64,000 nt of DNA from Octopus sinensis (GCF_006345805.1 NC_043002.1:52018001-52082000), one strand, 5' to 3'; shown: positions 11,882-24,923, numbered from the stretch's first letter. Program-made: numbers and translations. The notes: generated by a model not told the origin, from the letters alone.

Positions 11882-14814
11882 CTAAATATTAGAAATAAAT
11901 AAAAGTAAAAATTAAAAATTAATTTTACAAATTGTTTTTTGGAGGGGAGCAGAAGTTAAATACATTCATCTATATTGACCTAGTATTTCACTGGTACCTA
12001 TTTCAAACACCAAATCCTTCATCTTAAAGACCTAAACAATGAAAAGCAAAGTTAACCCCTGTGGGATTTGAACTTGGGTTGTCTGCTGCAAAACGATTTG
12101 TCAGTAGCTGCAGTTTAAATAGTTGTGTCACCCACTGCATTTTCAATATTGATAATAATTGTTTCTAGTTTAGGAATAAGTTTTGAGGGGGAAAGAGAGT
12201 TGTCAATACATCGACCCCGGTACTTGACTGGTACTTTATTTTACTGAGCCCAGAGGGATGAAAGGGCAAGTTGAATTCAACAAGAACATAAGAAACCAGA
12301 GCAGATACAACAAAATAATTTTTTCCAATGCTCTAATAATTCTGCCTGCTTGAATAAAGATAATCCTTTCAATTATAGGCACAGGGCCTGAAATTTTGTG
12401 GGAAGGGGCTGGTTGATTGTATTGACTCAGTGCTATACTGGTACTTATTTCATTGACCCTAAAAGAATGAAAGGCAAAGTCAACTTCAGTAGAATTTGAT
12501 CCCAAAACATGAAGACGGGTGAATTGTTGCTAAGCATTTTGTTTAGCATGTTAATGATTCTGCGAGCTTGTTGCCTTAGCTTGAACAAAAATAATAATAA
12601 TTTTTTTCTAGTTTTCGGCACAAGGGCTGAAATTTTCAGGGAGTTGGAATTAATCAACTACATTGATCCCAGTATTCAACTGGTACTTATCTTATTAACC
12701 CCCCAAAAGAATGAGATACAAAGTTATCTTTGGTGGCATTTGAACTGAGAACAGAAAGAGCCAGAAGAAATTCCACTAACCATTTTGCCCAATATGTAAA
12801 CAATTCTGCTCACCAACTTAATAATTGTTTCTCACATAGGTACATGGCCAGAAATTTGGGGTGAGGGGAAACAGTTAATTATATAAAACCCCAGTACTTG
12901 ACTGGTACTTTATTTATCAACTTCTGAAGGATGACAGGCAAAGTTGAATTCAGCAGGATTTGAACTCAGAATGCAAGAACACTAAATAAATGCCAGACAT
13001 TTTCGGTTGATGAAGTAACAACATTATTGGTTTGAGACCTCATTATTCAATTAACACTGCAGAATATTGATACTGTCTGATTTTCAAAAAGGATTAAAAT
13101 ATGCAGTCATGGCTGTGTGGTTAAGAGGCTTGTTTTAGAACCATGTCATTTGGAGCTCAGTCCCAGTGTGTGACATCTTGAACACGTGTCTTTTAATATA
13201 GCCCCAGGTCAACCAATGCCTCGTGAATGAATTTGGTAGACAGAAGCTGTGTGGAAGCCAGTGTGTGTATGTGTGTGGGGGTGCGTGTGTGTGTGTGCAT
13301 GCATGCATGTGTGTCTTTGTGTCTGTGTTTATCCCACCACCACCTTTTGGCAACCAGTGTTGGTTTGTTTATGTCCTATAACTTAACAGTTAAGTGAAAG
13401 ACACAATACTAGAAGTACAAGACTTAAAAACATAAGGACTGGGGTTAATCTGTTCTGCTAAAAACCCTTCAAGGCAGTTCCCCCATACAGCTGCAATCCA
13501 ATAACTGAAACAAGCAGAAAATAAAAAATAACCAATACTATGAACTTTTTCAAAAACTACAGTCCAACACATCCTATATCGGATACAAGTTATCCAGAAG
13601 GCACCACAATTTGTGCTCTTCTTCCTTAGATGCTAAATTTGGTTGATATGTTGAATTTCTAATTTTTCTTATTTCTTTATTGCCCACAAGGGGATGAACA
13701 TAGAGGAGACAAACAAGGACAGACAAACAAATTAAGTCGATTACATCGACCCCAGTGAGTAACTGGTACTTAATTTATCGACTCCGAAAGGATGAAAGGC
13801 AAAGTCGACCTTGATGGAATTTGAACTCAGAACGTAACAGCAGACGAAATACCGCTAAGCATTTCGCCTGGCATGCTAACATTTCTGCTAGCTTGCCCCC
13901 TTCATCTAATTGCTAATGAATTTCCAATTTTTCTGCACTCTACTTTCCCGCCCTGCTCAGTTTCTGAATGTTGAGCGCTTACGAAAGCAATAGAAAGCAT
14001 GCCAGAAGTAAATATACCAAGACGTCAATGACGGTGAAATATGTTCCACATGAGCAACATTTACCAACCAGTGTATTATATGGTTCCAAATTTTGGCATA
14101 AGGCCAGCAATTTGGGGAGAAGGGTCAAGTCGACTACATCAACCCCAATGCTCAACTGATACTTATAGTCATTCAGTCAAGTCTATTCTCACAGGGGGTG
14201 TTGTGACTCTCACCACAACACATACATACATACTACATGCATGTATGCATGCATGCACACACACACACACAAGTACATTATGATTGAATGATAAGTTTAT
14301 TTTGCAACCACAAGATCCAAAGTTCAACCCCATTCTGTGACACCTTGTGCATATGTCATTTTCTATAGCCTTGAGTTACGCCATACCCTGTGAGTGGAAA
14401 TGGGTCAATGGAAACTGTATAGTAGCTAAGCATCCAGTAAAACCATTAACATTAGCTGTGAGTCAAACGAGCTACAGAAGTCTTCTTTTTTTTAAGGACC
14501 TAGAGGAGAAAAGACAGTGGCCATTATATTTTTCAGGATCTTCATGACTGGTAAGGGACTTAGCCAAATGCTTACAACAAAGTGGACTCTTCTAAAGACA
14601 CCCAAGGCTAGGAGGTGCATTAAACTAAAGAGTATGTTAGTCTATAACCCCATCACCCAGAACTAAGACACTTCTGACATGCTTCCATACAGTTTCCACA
14701 TCTAACAAATTCCACTCACAAAGCATTGGTCAATTCTGGAGTGTTTATTCCAAATGATTCCCTAATTACAATAGAAAATGTTTTAATCCTCAAAAGAGCA
14801 AAATAGTGACTTAC

Positions 14815-14935
14815 CTGTTGGTTTGTTGACTCCTAGAAAACCTTGGTCACCAAGTTTCTTGAACAGCTCATGAGCAGGGAAAAACTCTGCCTTCTCCCAT
14901 TCATCAACATAAGGGTTTATTTCTTTCTCAATGAA
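14815..14935 (-). CDS. Acyl-CoA dehydrogenase exon 2
   Basis: TAG acceptor, FIEKEINPYVDEWEKAEFFPAHELFKKLGDQGFLGVNKPT, GTAAGT donor. Typical ACAD N-terminal helical domain. Not in the ORF track; found by manual translation. Confidence 0.92.
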
Positions 14936-15651
14936 CTATATATAGAAAGGCAAAAATACATAAATAAAAATAATAAACAAATGATGTTGATGTCATAAGA
15001 ATTCATAAGCTGTGAGATAACATAAAATAATTCTTTTTTGAACACTGAAGCTTGAAGCAGACAAAGCCATAAATGACAGCTTGTAAATAGTAGTTTCAAA
15101 TTTTGGCACAAAGCCAGCAATTTGGGGGGAGGGGTGAAGTCGATTACATCAACCTTAGTGCTAAACTGGTACTTAATTTATTGACCCAGAAACAATGAAA
15201 GGCAAAATCAAGCATGTGGGAATTTAAATTCAGGATGTAAAGGCTGATGAAATTCCACTAAGAATTTTACCTGGCATGCTAATGATTCTGCCAGTTTGCT
15301 GCCTTATAGCTTGTAAATATTAGGCTAAAAACCCTTTAGAAAGAAAAAATTAAAGTCTGCCAGTGGGAAATGAAACTACATCTTCTGTAAACATGACAGG
15401 CCATTCTACCACTGGACCAAAGCAACACTCAGTTTCTCTATTCATTTTTAAAACTTTATTCTTACTAGTGAGAATTGTAAATTGTTGACCCAATATTTAC
15501 ATGCTATTATTTATAGCTTCTTTAGCTTCAAATTTCATTGTTCCAAAATTATAAATGAATGAATTTAAACAGTTTTTATGTCAGTTTTTCTGTTATTGAA
15601 TTTTACAAATAATGAAATTTGTGTGACTTGTTTCCAAGGCTTATAAATTAT

Positions 15652-16005
15652 CATCATCGTTTAACATCCGTTTACCATGCTAGCATGGGCTGAACGGTTC
15701 GACAGGGGTCTAGGAAGCCAGGAGGCTGCACCAGGCTCCAGTCTGATCTGGTAGTGTTTCTACAGCTGGATGTCCTTCCTAACGCCAACCACTCCGTGAG
15801 TGTAGTGGGTGTTTTTTACATGCCACCGGCACAGGTGCCAGGGGAGGCTGGCAATGGCCACGATCGGTTGGTGGTTTTTACGTGCCACCTACACAGAAGC
15901 CAGTCAAGGCGGCGCTGGCATCGGCCACATACAGATGGTGCTTTTTACATGCCACCGGCACAGGTGCCAGGTTAGGCTGGCAATGGCCACGAACGGTTGG
16001 TGAAT
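15652..16005 (-). mobile_element. Short RTE 3'-tail copy (others at 2470-2585, 6020-6260, 28814-28875, 28991-29250, 49705-50045, 51955-52195, 59635-59940, 60260-60440)
   Basis: Matches the RTE 3' end (GGTTGGCGTTAGGAAGG.CATCCAGCTGTAGAAAC...CATGCTAGCATGG...GTTAAACGATGATGAT). Confidence 0.85.
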
Positions 16006-17177
16006 GTTAACAAATTTTCTTCATTTTGTTGTGTCTAGGCAGAGTCATTATACCAATATTAATAACACACACACACTGATTCAGTTCCACTCCTTTATTA
16101 TTAATCAATTGGTTAAATATCTAACCAATTAACTAATTGATCAATTAACTTCATGGTCACACAATCAGTCATTAATTTTGATTTCCCTTTTATTCCTCAA
16201 AGTTCTTTTGCTGCCATTTGCAATCTTTTCAGTGACTTCTTTCTCAGTCCATTATGGAGGCTATATTTGTCTATCTGAAACTTTGTCACATGTGTATATG
16301 TGTGTGTTTATATATATAGGTGCAGGCATGGGTGTGTGGTAAGTAACTTGCATATCAACCACATGGTTCCAGGTTCAGTCCCACTGCATGGTACCTTGAG
16401 CAAGTGTCCTCTACAAAAGCCTTGGGCTGACCAAAGCCCTGTGAGTGAATTTGATAGATGGAAACTGAAAGCAGCCCATCGTATATGTGTGTGTGTGCGT
16501 AAATATATGTTTGTGTGTCTGTGTTTGTCCCCGTAATCTAGCAGTTCAGCAAAAGTATATACATATATATATACGACAGGCTTCTTTCAGTTTCTGTCCA
16601 CCAAATCCACCCACAAGGCTTTGGTCGACCCGAGGCTATATAAAATAATGAAATTATTGTATACAGTGCTCAGGTGCATTATTGTGATTATCTGCTTGCA
16701 TATGTATGTTTGTGTGTTGTTGTGTATGCGTCTTCTTGTGTCCGTTTTTACCTCTTAAAGTCAATCTCTCAATCATGACATCTTTCATATTTTATCTTTT
16801 CTTTGTTTCAATCATTGGACTGTGGCCATGTTGGGGCACTGCCTTCAAGTGTTTAGCTGAAGAAATCAACTCCAGTACTTATTTCTAAGTCTGGTACATA
16901 TTCTATCAGTGTCTTTTGCCAAACCACTAAGTTACAGTGATGTCAAGTGATGAAGTTAATAAACACAGACTCATACATGCATGCACATATGTCCATCACT
17001 CCTAAATGGGATTAAAGGTGACTTATCTCACTGGTCCACGACTTTCAGATGTTTTAACACTATGTGTTTTGAGAGAGTGTTCTCCACCTGGCAAAATCAC
17101 AGCCCACCATCAAATACCCAAGGCAGTTACATTAAGTATATGTGGCTAATAATGTTCATATATATATATATATATAT

Positions 17178-18019
17178 TTTATATATAGAGGGCATTATAC
17201 ATACATGCCAGAGGGCATTATACATACATGCCAGAGGGCATTATACATACATGCCACACGCTAAGAGGGACAATTAGTCATTTCTACCAAAAATATTACT
17301 AATCCCACCGAATGCAATTTTTCAAAGTAAGACATTTAAAAAATATAGACCTGTATCACAGTGATTTCATACTTACGTATTCATCAGCAGGCCTGAATGT
17401 ATCATAAATAAACGACCCTGTCCCGCTTAAGCCGATCAGCTAACTGATCAACATCAACGAAGCACATGGGTGAGTTTACATATATTACATCCTGTAAATG
17501 GCATACTTTTACGAATTGCATTTCGGGAAAGGAAAAGTTTTTTCGGAATAAAAATTTAGCAATTAAGGACAACTATAATAAGGAAAACTTAACAAGAATT
17601 GTCAGGTAGATAGCGTGAAAACCTCATAAGAGAAAAAATTTCGAAAATATTATTTCTTATTGAACATATTAATTTATATATAGAGGGCATTATACATACA
17701 TGCCAGAGGGCATTTTACATACATGCCACACGCTAAGAGGGACAATTAGTCATTTCTACCAAAAATATTACTAATCCCACCGAATGCAATTTTTCAAAGT
17801 AAGACATTTAAAAAATATAGACCTGTATCACAGTGATTTCATACTACGTATGTATAATGCCCTCTATATATAAATTAATATGTTCAATAAGAAATAATTA
17901 TTTTCGAAATTTTTCTCTTATGAGGTTTTCACGCTATCTACCTGACAATTTCTTGTTAAGTTTTCCTTATTAAGTAGTTGTCCTTAATTGCTAAATTTTT
18001 ATTCCGAAAAAAAACTTTT
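17178..18019 (-). mobile_element. Hammerhead-bearing tandem unit (retrozyme/Penelope-derived-like) with terminal inversion
   Basis: 17178-17380 repeats at 17673-17851 (472 nt between equivalent cleavage positions). 17848-18019 is an inverted copy of 17533-17699. Internal 23-nt minisatellite. (TA)n on both sides. Confidence 0.6.
17347..17394 (-). ncRNA. Type-I hammerhead ribozyme (complete core)
   Basis: Minus strand reads AGGCCUG-CUGAUGA-AUAC-GUAA-GUAU-GAAA-UCACUGUGA-UA^CAGGUCU. 7-bp stem I (one G-U), 4-bp stem II with GNRA loop, quasi-palindromic stem III, AUA cleavage triplet. Confidence 0.85.
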
Positions 18020-18052
18020 ATATATATATATGTATGTATATATATATGTATG

Positions 18053-18086
<34 letters not shown>

Positions 18087-18102
18087 ATATATATTATATA
18101 TA

Positions 18103-18136
<34 letters not shown>

Positions 18137-18356
18137 ATATATATATACGTATATGGATGACCAGATATTGATTGATTTTCGTTGCTTTCCTCTCTGCCTG
18201 GGTGGATTGTTTTCAAGTATTTTGGTTTCTCTGGGAGTCCCTTTTTAAAGTAGAAGAATAGCTAAGGTTTGGGCTGCTATTTCTAAACTTCGGTATATGG
18301 TAAAGCAAATCTTTGCTGAACCCTAATTATTAAGTATATATATATATATATATGTA

Positions 18357-18391
<35 letters not shown>

Positions 18392-18406
18392 ATATATATA
18401 TGTATG

Positions 18407-18443
<37 letters not shown>

Positions 18444-18623
18444 TATATATAGATATATATATATATGTATGTGTATATATGTGTATAACAAACTTTGGTT
18501 GTAGAAAACAACAAATTTAATGTCATCCCTTAACATATCACATCTCGAACATTTAATCACATATAAAGAAACATCTTGTACATAGAATAGAATATATATA
18601 TATATAGATATATATATATATAT

Positions 18624-18860
18624 ATGGAAAAAAGTCAAGGTAGAAAATGCTAAAATGATTTTATAAAAAACATTTCAGCACCGGCTTCAGTCATTGTGAC
18701 TTTTTCATCTGTAAGTCTGGAAATCAAACTTTTCGTTTAATTTTTCCAAAATTTAATTGTTTTCCATACTTACAGTTGAAAAAATTTCAATGACTGAAAC
18801 CAGTACTAGAATGTTTTGTATAAAATTATTTTAGCATTTTCTACCTTGACTTTTTTCCAT
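18624..18860. mobile_element. (TA)n-embedded fold-back (palindromic) element
   Basis: ATGGAAAAAAGTCAAGGTAGAAAATGCTAAAA... is mirrored as an imperfect inverted repeat of about 100 bp per arm. Confidence 0.7.
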
Positions 18861-19134
18861 GTATATATATCAACTCGTATGTTCCTTTTCAACCTTATAT
18901 ATATATATATATATATAATATATATATATTATATATAAAGGGAAAGATTACGAAAATAAACAAAAGATGAAGGCAGGTGGAGTACAAACAAACAAATGTT
19001 TAGTATAGCGCTCCGGAATAGAAAAGTCTTTTACTTTTCGAGCCTATGCTCTTTGACAGAAAGATACGCAAAAAAAACAGGAAAGAAAAAAAATGCGTGT
19101 AGGAGCTAAGGAACTATCATGGCGTCCTGACCAT

Positions 19135-19172
19135 GTGTATATATATATGTATTTTGTGTGTGTGTGGGTGTT

Positions 19173-19214
<42 letters not shown>

Positions 19215-20012
19215 ATATAGATATATATAATGCATGTTTAATATATATATATATATTATATATATGTAATATATATAAATATATAAATATATATATATAT
19301 CTGTGTGTATATATATATATATATAATTTATATATATATATATATGTATGTATATATATATTATATATATATAAATTTATATATATATATATGTATGAAA
19401 TGTATATATATATATATATGAAATTTATATATATATATATGTATGTATGTATATATATGTATGTATGTATATAATATATATATGCATGTTTATCTATATA
19501 TATATAATAATATATGTATATATATGTAAGTATATATAAATTATAATATATATTTCTGTGTGTATATGATATATATATATATATAAATTTATATATATAT
19601 AATTGTATGTATATATATAGTATATTATATATAAATTTATATATATATATATTTGTAATGTATATATTATATATATATAAATATTTATATATATATATAT
19701 ATTGTATGTATATATATATATATGCATATATATATATTATGCATTATATAATATATATATATATGCATATATATATGTATATATATATATATATGCATAT
19801 ATATATATGCATATATATATATATATATAATATGCATATATATATGTATATATATATATATGCATATATAATATATGCATATATATATATATATGCATAT
19901 ATATATATGCAGTATATATATGTAGTATATATATATGCATATATATATATATATATATATCTATTATAATATATATATATATGCATATATATATGTATGT
20001 ATATATATATGC

Positions 20013-20086
<74 letters not shown>

Positions 20087-20200
20087 GTATATATATATAT
20101 ATATATAATATATTATATGTATATATATATATATATAATATATAATATATATATATATATCTATATATATTGTATATATATATATGTATATATATATATA
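19135..20200. repeat. ~1.07-kb degenerate (TA)n/(TATG)n microsatellite (others e.g. 18020-18150, 29245-29400, 29925-30385)
   Basis: Direct inspection. This explains the spurious YI-rich ORFs. Confidence 0.98.
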
Positions 20201-20500
20201 ACGGGAAGCTTTATGAAAATAGACAAAAGACGAAGGCAGTGAAAACAAACGAACAATTGTATTAGTATGGCGCTCAGGAAATATAAATAAAACAAGTCTT
20301 TAACGTTTCAAGCCTACGCCTCTTCAACAAAAGATACACAGAGAGAAAAAAAACACAGAAAGAAGGAGAGAAAAAAATGCGTGCAGTAACTAACGAATCA
20401 ACATGGCGATCTGATTTCGGCCAGAGGTCAAAGATCAAACATGAGACGCGAGAGCGAAATAAGGGGAGATAATAGGTTGATAATAGGGTTGAAGGACAGC
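20200..20500 (-). mobile_element. Penelope-like terminal-repeat fragment family in (TA)n (other copies at 18935-19135 and 30385-30625)
   Basis: The three copies share GGGAAG..TTATGAAAATA.ACAAAAGACGAAGGCAG...ACGTTTCGAGCCTACGCTCTTC, each starting directly from a TA tract. The Penelope assignment is inferred from the hammerhead-like motif. Confidence 0.5.
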
Positions 20501-20830
20501 TATAGTGCGTAGGAGGGGTCTGGACGTGTGTATAGGGTTGGTGTATGTATTAGTATGTATTAGTATGTATAAGGTGTGTGTTTGTTGTGTGTATGAGAGA
20601 GTATTAGTGCGTAGGATTGGTCTGGACGTGCGTATGTATGGGGTTGGTGTATGTATTGTATGTATTAGTATGTATTAGTACGTATTAGTATGTATAAGTG
20701 TGTGTGTGTTGTATGAGAGAGTATAAGTGCGTATAGGGGGTCCTGGACGTGTGTATGTATAGTGTTGGTGTATGTATTATTAGTATTAGTACTTATTAGT
20801 AATTAGTTGGTGTATGTATTAGTATGGCAC
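20500..20830 (+). repeat. ~110-120-bp minisatellite, about 3 copies
   Basis: GTGCGTAGG...CTGGACGTG.GTAT...GGTTGGTGTATGTATTAGTATG...GAGAGAGTAT is repeated. Confidence 0.8.
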
Positions 20831-20869
20831 ATCATATATGATGTGATGTGTGAAGTCGTGTGGTGTAGT

Positions 20870-21150
20870 GAGGAGAAGAGGGGGAGGGGGAGAAGAGGGG
20901 GAGAAGGAGGGTGAGGAGAGGGGGGAGAGAGGAGAGGAGGGGGAGAAGGAAGGGGGGGGGGGGGAGGAAGGAGGAAAGAGGGAGGAGGGGAGAGAGAAGG
21001 GGAGTGAGGGAGCAGAGGGAAGGGGAAGAGGGAAGGAGGGAGGGAGAAAGAGGGAAGAAGGGAAGGGGGGTAGGGGTGAAGGATGAAGGACTGAAGAAGT
21101 AGGGGTTGGGGGAACGATAGGTGAGGGGGGTTAGATGAGGAGGGGGGGGA
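20870..21150 (+). repeat. G/A-rich polypurine tract
   Basis: About 280 nt almost entirely G/A with many GGG-GGGG runs. Confidence 0.9.
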
Positions 21151-21733
21151 GAGTTGAGACCAGTTGACAAATGGCGTATAAGAGCGAAGAGAGAAGATTA
21201 ATTCATATATATAATGTAATATGTATATATATATATGTATATATATATGTATATGTATATGTGTATATATATATATATATATTATATATATATATATATA
21301 TATATGCATATATATGTATATATATACATCTCTTTTACTCTTTTACTTGTTTCAGTCATTTGACTGTGGCCATGTTGGAGCACCGTCTTTAGTCAAGCAA
21401 ATCGATCCTAGGACTCACTCCCTGTAAGCCTAACACCTATTCTATCAGTCTCTTTTGCCGAACCGCTAAGCATCGGTTGCCAAACAGAGACAAACAGAGA
21501 CACACAAACACACACAGACACATGCATATATATATACATATATACGACGGGCTTCTTTCAGTTTCCATCCACCAAATCCACCCACAAGGCCTTGGTCAGC
21601 CCGAGACTATAGTAGAAGACACCTGCCCAAGGTTCCACGCAGTGGACTGAACCCAGAACCATGTGGCCGGCAATCAAGCCACCCACCACACAGCCAATGT
21701 AGTTCTCATGGAGATTTAGTGTGACACAAAATA

Positions 21734-21792
<59 letters not shown>

Positions 21793-22523
21793 GTAAAAAT
21801 AATTACAGACATGGACAAGAACATGAAACACCAAAGAGACGACACAAGAACCACAGGACGGGACATTCGAAGCCCTCAGTCATCAGTCAAGAACCAGATC
21901 ATCTTCGCAATTTCGGCTGAATTAATCTTGAGATTGCTCCGATCTGGGCAGCCCCCCAAGGGAAATCTAAGCCAAGCGCATTAGATCCCCTGGAAGAAAG
22001 CTTCGAATGTATACAACACACGAGGACGGAAAACGAACGAAGTACACGAACAAAAATACAGAATACTGACACCAATAAGAATACAAAAGCGTAAAAACAA
22101 TAACGGTAAAGATAAAAAACAAAACAAACCAGGACGTAGGACAAGGGTCTTTCGACAGGACGAGTTGAGTTTGGGGCTGGCTTATGAAGTTGTGCCTAAT
22201 GGCCGCAGGGAGACGAACAAATATGTGTTGTGCTTCGCGACTGCTGGAACGAAAAGGGCGCTCAGCAGTGGCTAGCGGTCACGTGAGAACAAAAGACAAG
22301 AAAAGGGCAGATGAAAAGAGAGAGAAGGTGGACTCGGGAGGAGAAGAAAGAGACAGATCGAGGGGACTGGAGGTGAGAGAGATAGAGAAACTTAGAAGGG
22401 GGGAGTATATATATATATATATGTAGGTCCCGGTTGATTCGGGGTTAACCACAGTAAATAAGTACTCAATACATAGCAGAGTAAAATTAATTTATTATAT
22501 AGAAGCTCCTTCTATATATAATA

Positions 22524-22571
<48 letters not shown>

Positions 22572-22837
22572 ACCGACCAGACCATCAGATGTTTTTACAC
22601 ATCGCTGTCAAAACGTTCGCATTGTTTTAGCCTTTGAATGACGCCAACAGAAGAGAGTGGTGAAAGAGTACACAGACAGGGATCACACCCCACACCTGCC
22701 GGGGTATCGTGGAGCTTTTAGGTGTTTTCGCTCAATAAACACTCACAACGCCCGGTTCTCGCGGTCGTAGGATCGCGAGTCCGCTGCCCTAACCACTGGC
22801 CATTGCACCTCCACATACATATATATATATTATATAT

Positions 22838-22927
<90 letters not shown>

Positions 22928-24752
22928 TGTGTGTGTGTGTATGCTAATGATTCTGCTAGCTTGCTGCCTTATGATATTTTTGTCATAATATCTGATACAT
23001 AAAATATTTTATCCTTGAACATTTTTAGCCTCTTATTCCAGATTAAACTGACACCCAAATATTAACATATCCATATTGCTAGATAGTAACAGATTTGTTT
23101 TTATACTACAAAAGAAAAGATAACAGAAAATAGTCCATGTCCTACATTTTGACCCTCTTTATGTTATCACATATCAGATTGTCATTTATCAAGTAACCGG
23201 TCATTTTGCTCTTTGTATCGCTAGTTGTAGCACTTTTGGTGTTCATATCATGATATCATGCCACCTAGTAGGAATTGAAAAGTCTCGTCTTAGCCTCTTC
23301 GTGATAAAGTCTACTAATATGGCTTATGGTGATATAAAAGAATAATCATGTTATTTGAAATTCTGCAGCCAAAAGACAATGTAATTGTTGTGTGTGTGTG
23401 TGTGTGTGTACATTCTTTTATTTGTTTCAGTCATTTGACTGCAGCCGCCTTTAGTCAAGCAAAATCGACCCCAGAACTTATTCTTTGTAAGCCTAGTACT
23501 TATTCTATCGGTCTAGTTTGCCGAACCGCTAAGTTACAGGGACATAAGCACACCAGCATCGGTTGTCAAGCGATGTTGCGGGGGGGGGGGGGGCAAACAC
23601 AAACACACAAACAAAAGACGAGATAAATAATATAGATGCACAGGGCGATCTTTCGCTTTAAGAATAGTTGTATGCCAAGGGGCGTGTCTGTCTGTGTGTG
23701 TGTATATGAATGGTAGAAATCTACAAATGCAGAAAATCACAAAACAGAGAAAATAAAATATGGACGACTTGTTCTGAAACACCCCCGAGTGGGGAACGGT
23801 CCTCAAAAATAACCCCCAGTTGTTTTTCCCCAAACTTCCTATGTTCTCGGAATCTACATAGTCCGAGGTATATTTGTAGAGAATTTCATTTAAAAAAATC
23901 CATTTTCATGAAAGTTATACACACATACACACACAATGGGGTTCTTTCAGTTTCCGTCTACCAAATCCTCTCACAAGGCTTTGGTCAGCCTGAAGCTATA
24001 GTAGGGGACACTTGCCCAAAGTACCTTGCAGTGGGACTGATCCTAGAACCATGTGGCTGGGAAGCAAGCTTCTTACCACACAGTCACACCCGCACCTAGC
24101 CACGCCTGCGTCTAGCCACGCCTGCGCCTACAATTTTTTTTCTTCTGTTGAGTTGATTTATCAATTAGATTACCGGTACACAGTCCTTTACCCGAGAATT
24201 TAAAATGCGGAAGACCCCAAATCCGAACATTTTGGTATAAATACGGTGGTCAGCTGAGGGACAGACAAGAGAAAGGTCTACGACACAGACAAGGGTTTAG
24301 TAGACCGCAGAGACCGTGTGTGTGTGTGTGTGTAAACACACACACACACAAATATATCCATTTCTGACATATCACTTCCACAGATGTATCCTGTTTCTAT
24401 TTCTAGCAACTAGTAGCAGTTGTAAACATATGCATGCAGTGAAGAATTATGTGTACCAACGACAAATTAAGTCCAGTGAATAAATTATTGTAACTAGATG
24501 TCATTCATTTGTTTACTTCAAAGGCATCCACATTCCTATCGCATCAGTTCACCAGATTCACATTTTACCACTACACACCGTCAGCTGTCCCCAGTACGAG
24601 CACACCTATAGATCTGGGGCAGAGGCAAAGGGTGCTCGAAACAACCGATTCTCAGTCGATTCTGTAATGTGCATTCGATAAGATTTAGTAAGTACGTAAT
24701 AGAGTAAACAGGATGATAACAACAAGCACACCATCAAAAATAAACAACTTAC

Positions 24753-24923
24753 CTTGTTTAAAGAATCTCGGATTTGTTTATGATCGTCCGTATAAAGTTC
24801 CACGGCGGCCAGAGAAGATTGTCTCCGGATAAATGCCCTACTTTTAAACAGCCGAGAAACAGAAAAGGAAAGACCCTTTCTTTCACTTACTAACAAGGCT
24901 TTTTTAACTAAGTTCAAAAACAT
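24753..24923 (-). CDS. Acyl-CoA dehydrogenase (LCAD/acdh-6-like), exon 1 with mitochondrial-targeting-like N-terminus
   Basis: ATG at 24923. 57 codons MFLNLVKK...RRQSS...LYTDDHKQIRDSLNK, then GTAAGT donor. Basic/hydroxylated leader. Phase 0 joins exon 2. Confidence 0.85.

Noticed and set aside
19133-20242. Long YI/IY-, RE- and pro-rich ORFs in the ORF track (also 20803-21309, 25212-25530, 29923-30469)
   Set aside because: Translations of (TA)n, (GA)n and polypurine low-complexity DNA.
21860-21950. Minus-strand CTGATGA near 21884 and a nearby hairpin with GAAATTGCG
   Set aside because: The first is followed by GAAT with no stem II closure; the second lacks a CUGANGA core. At best a decayed Penelope-type terminus.
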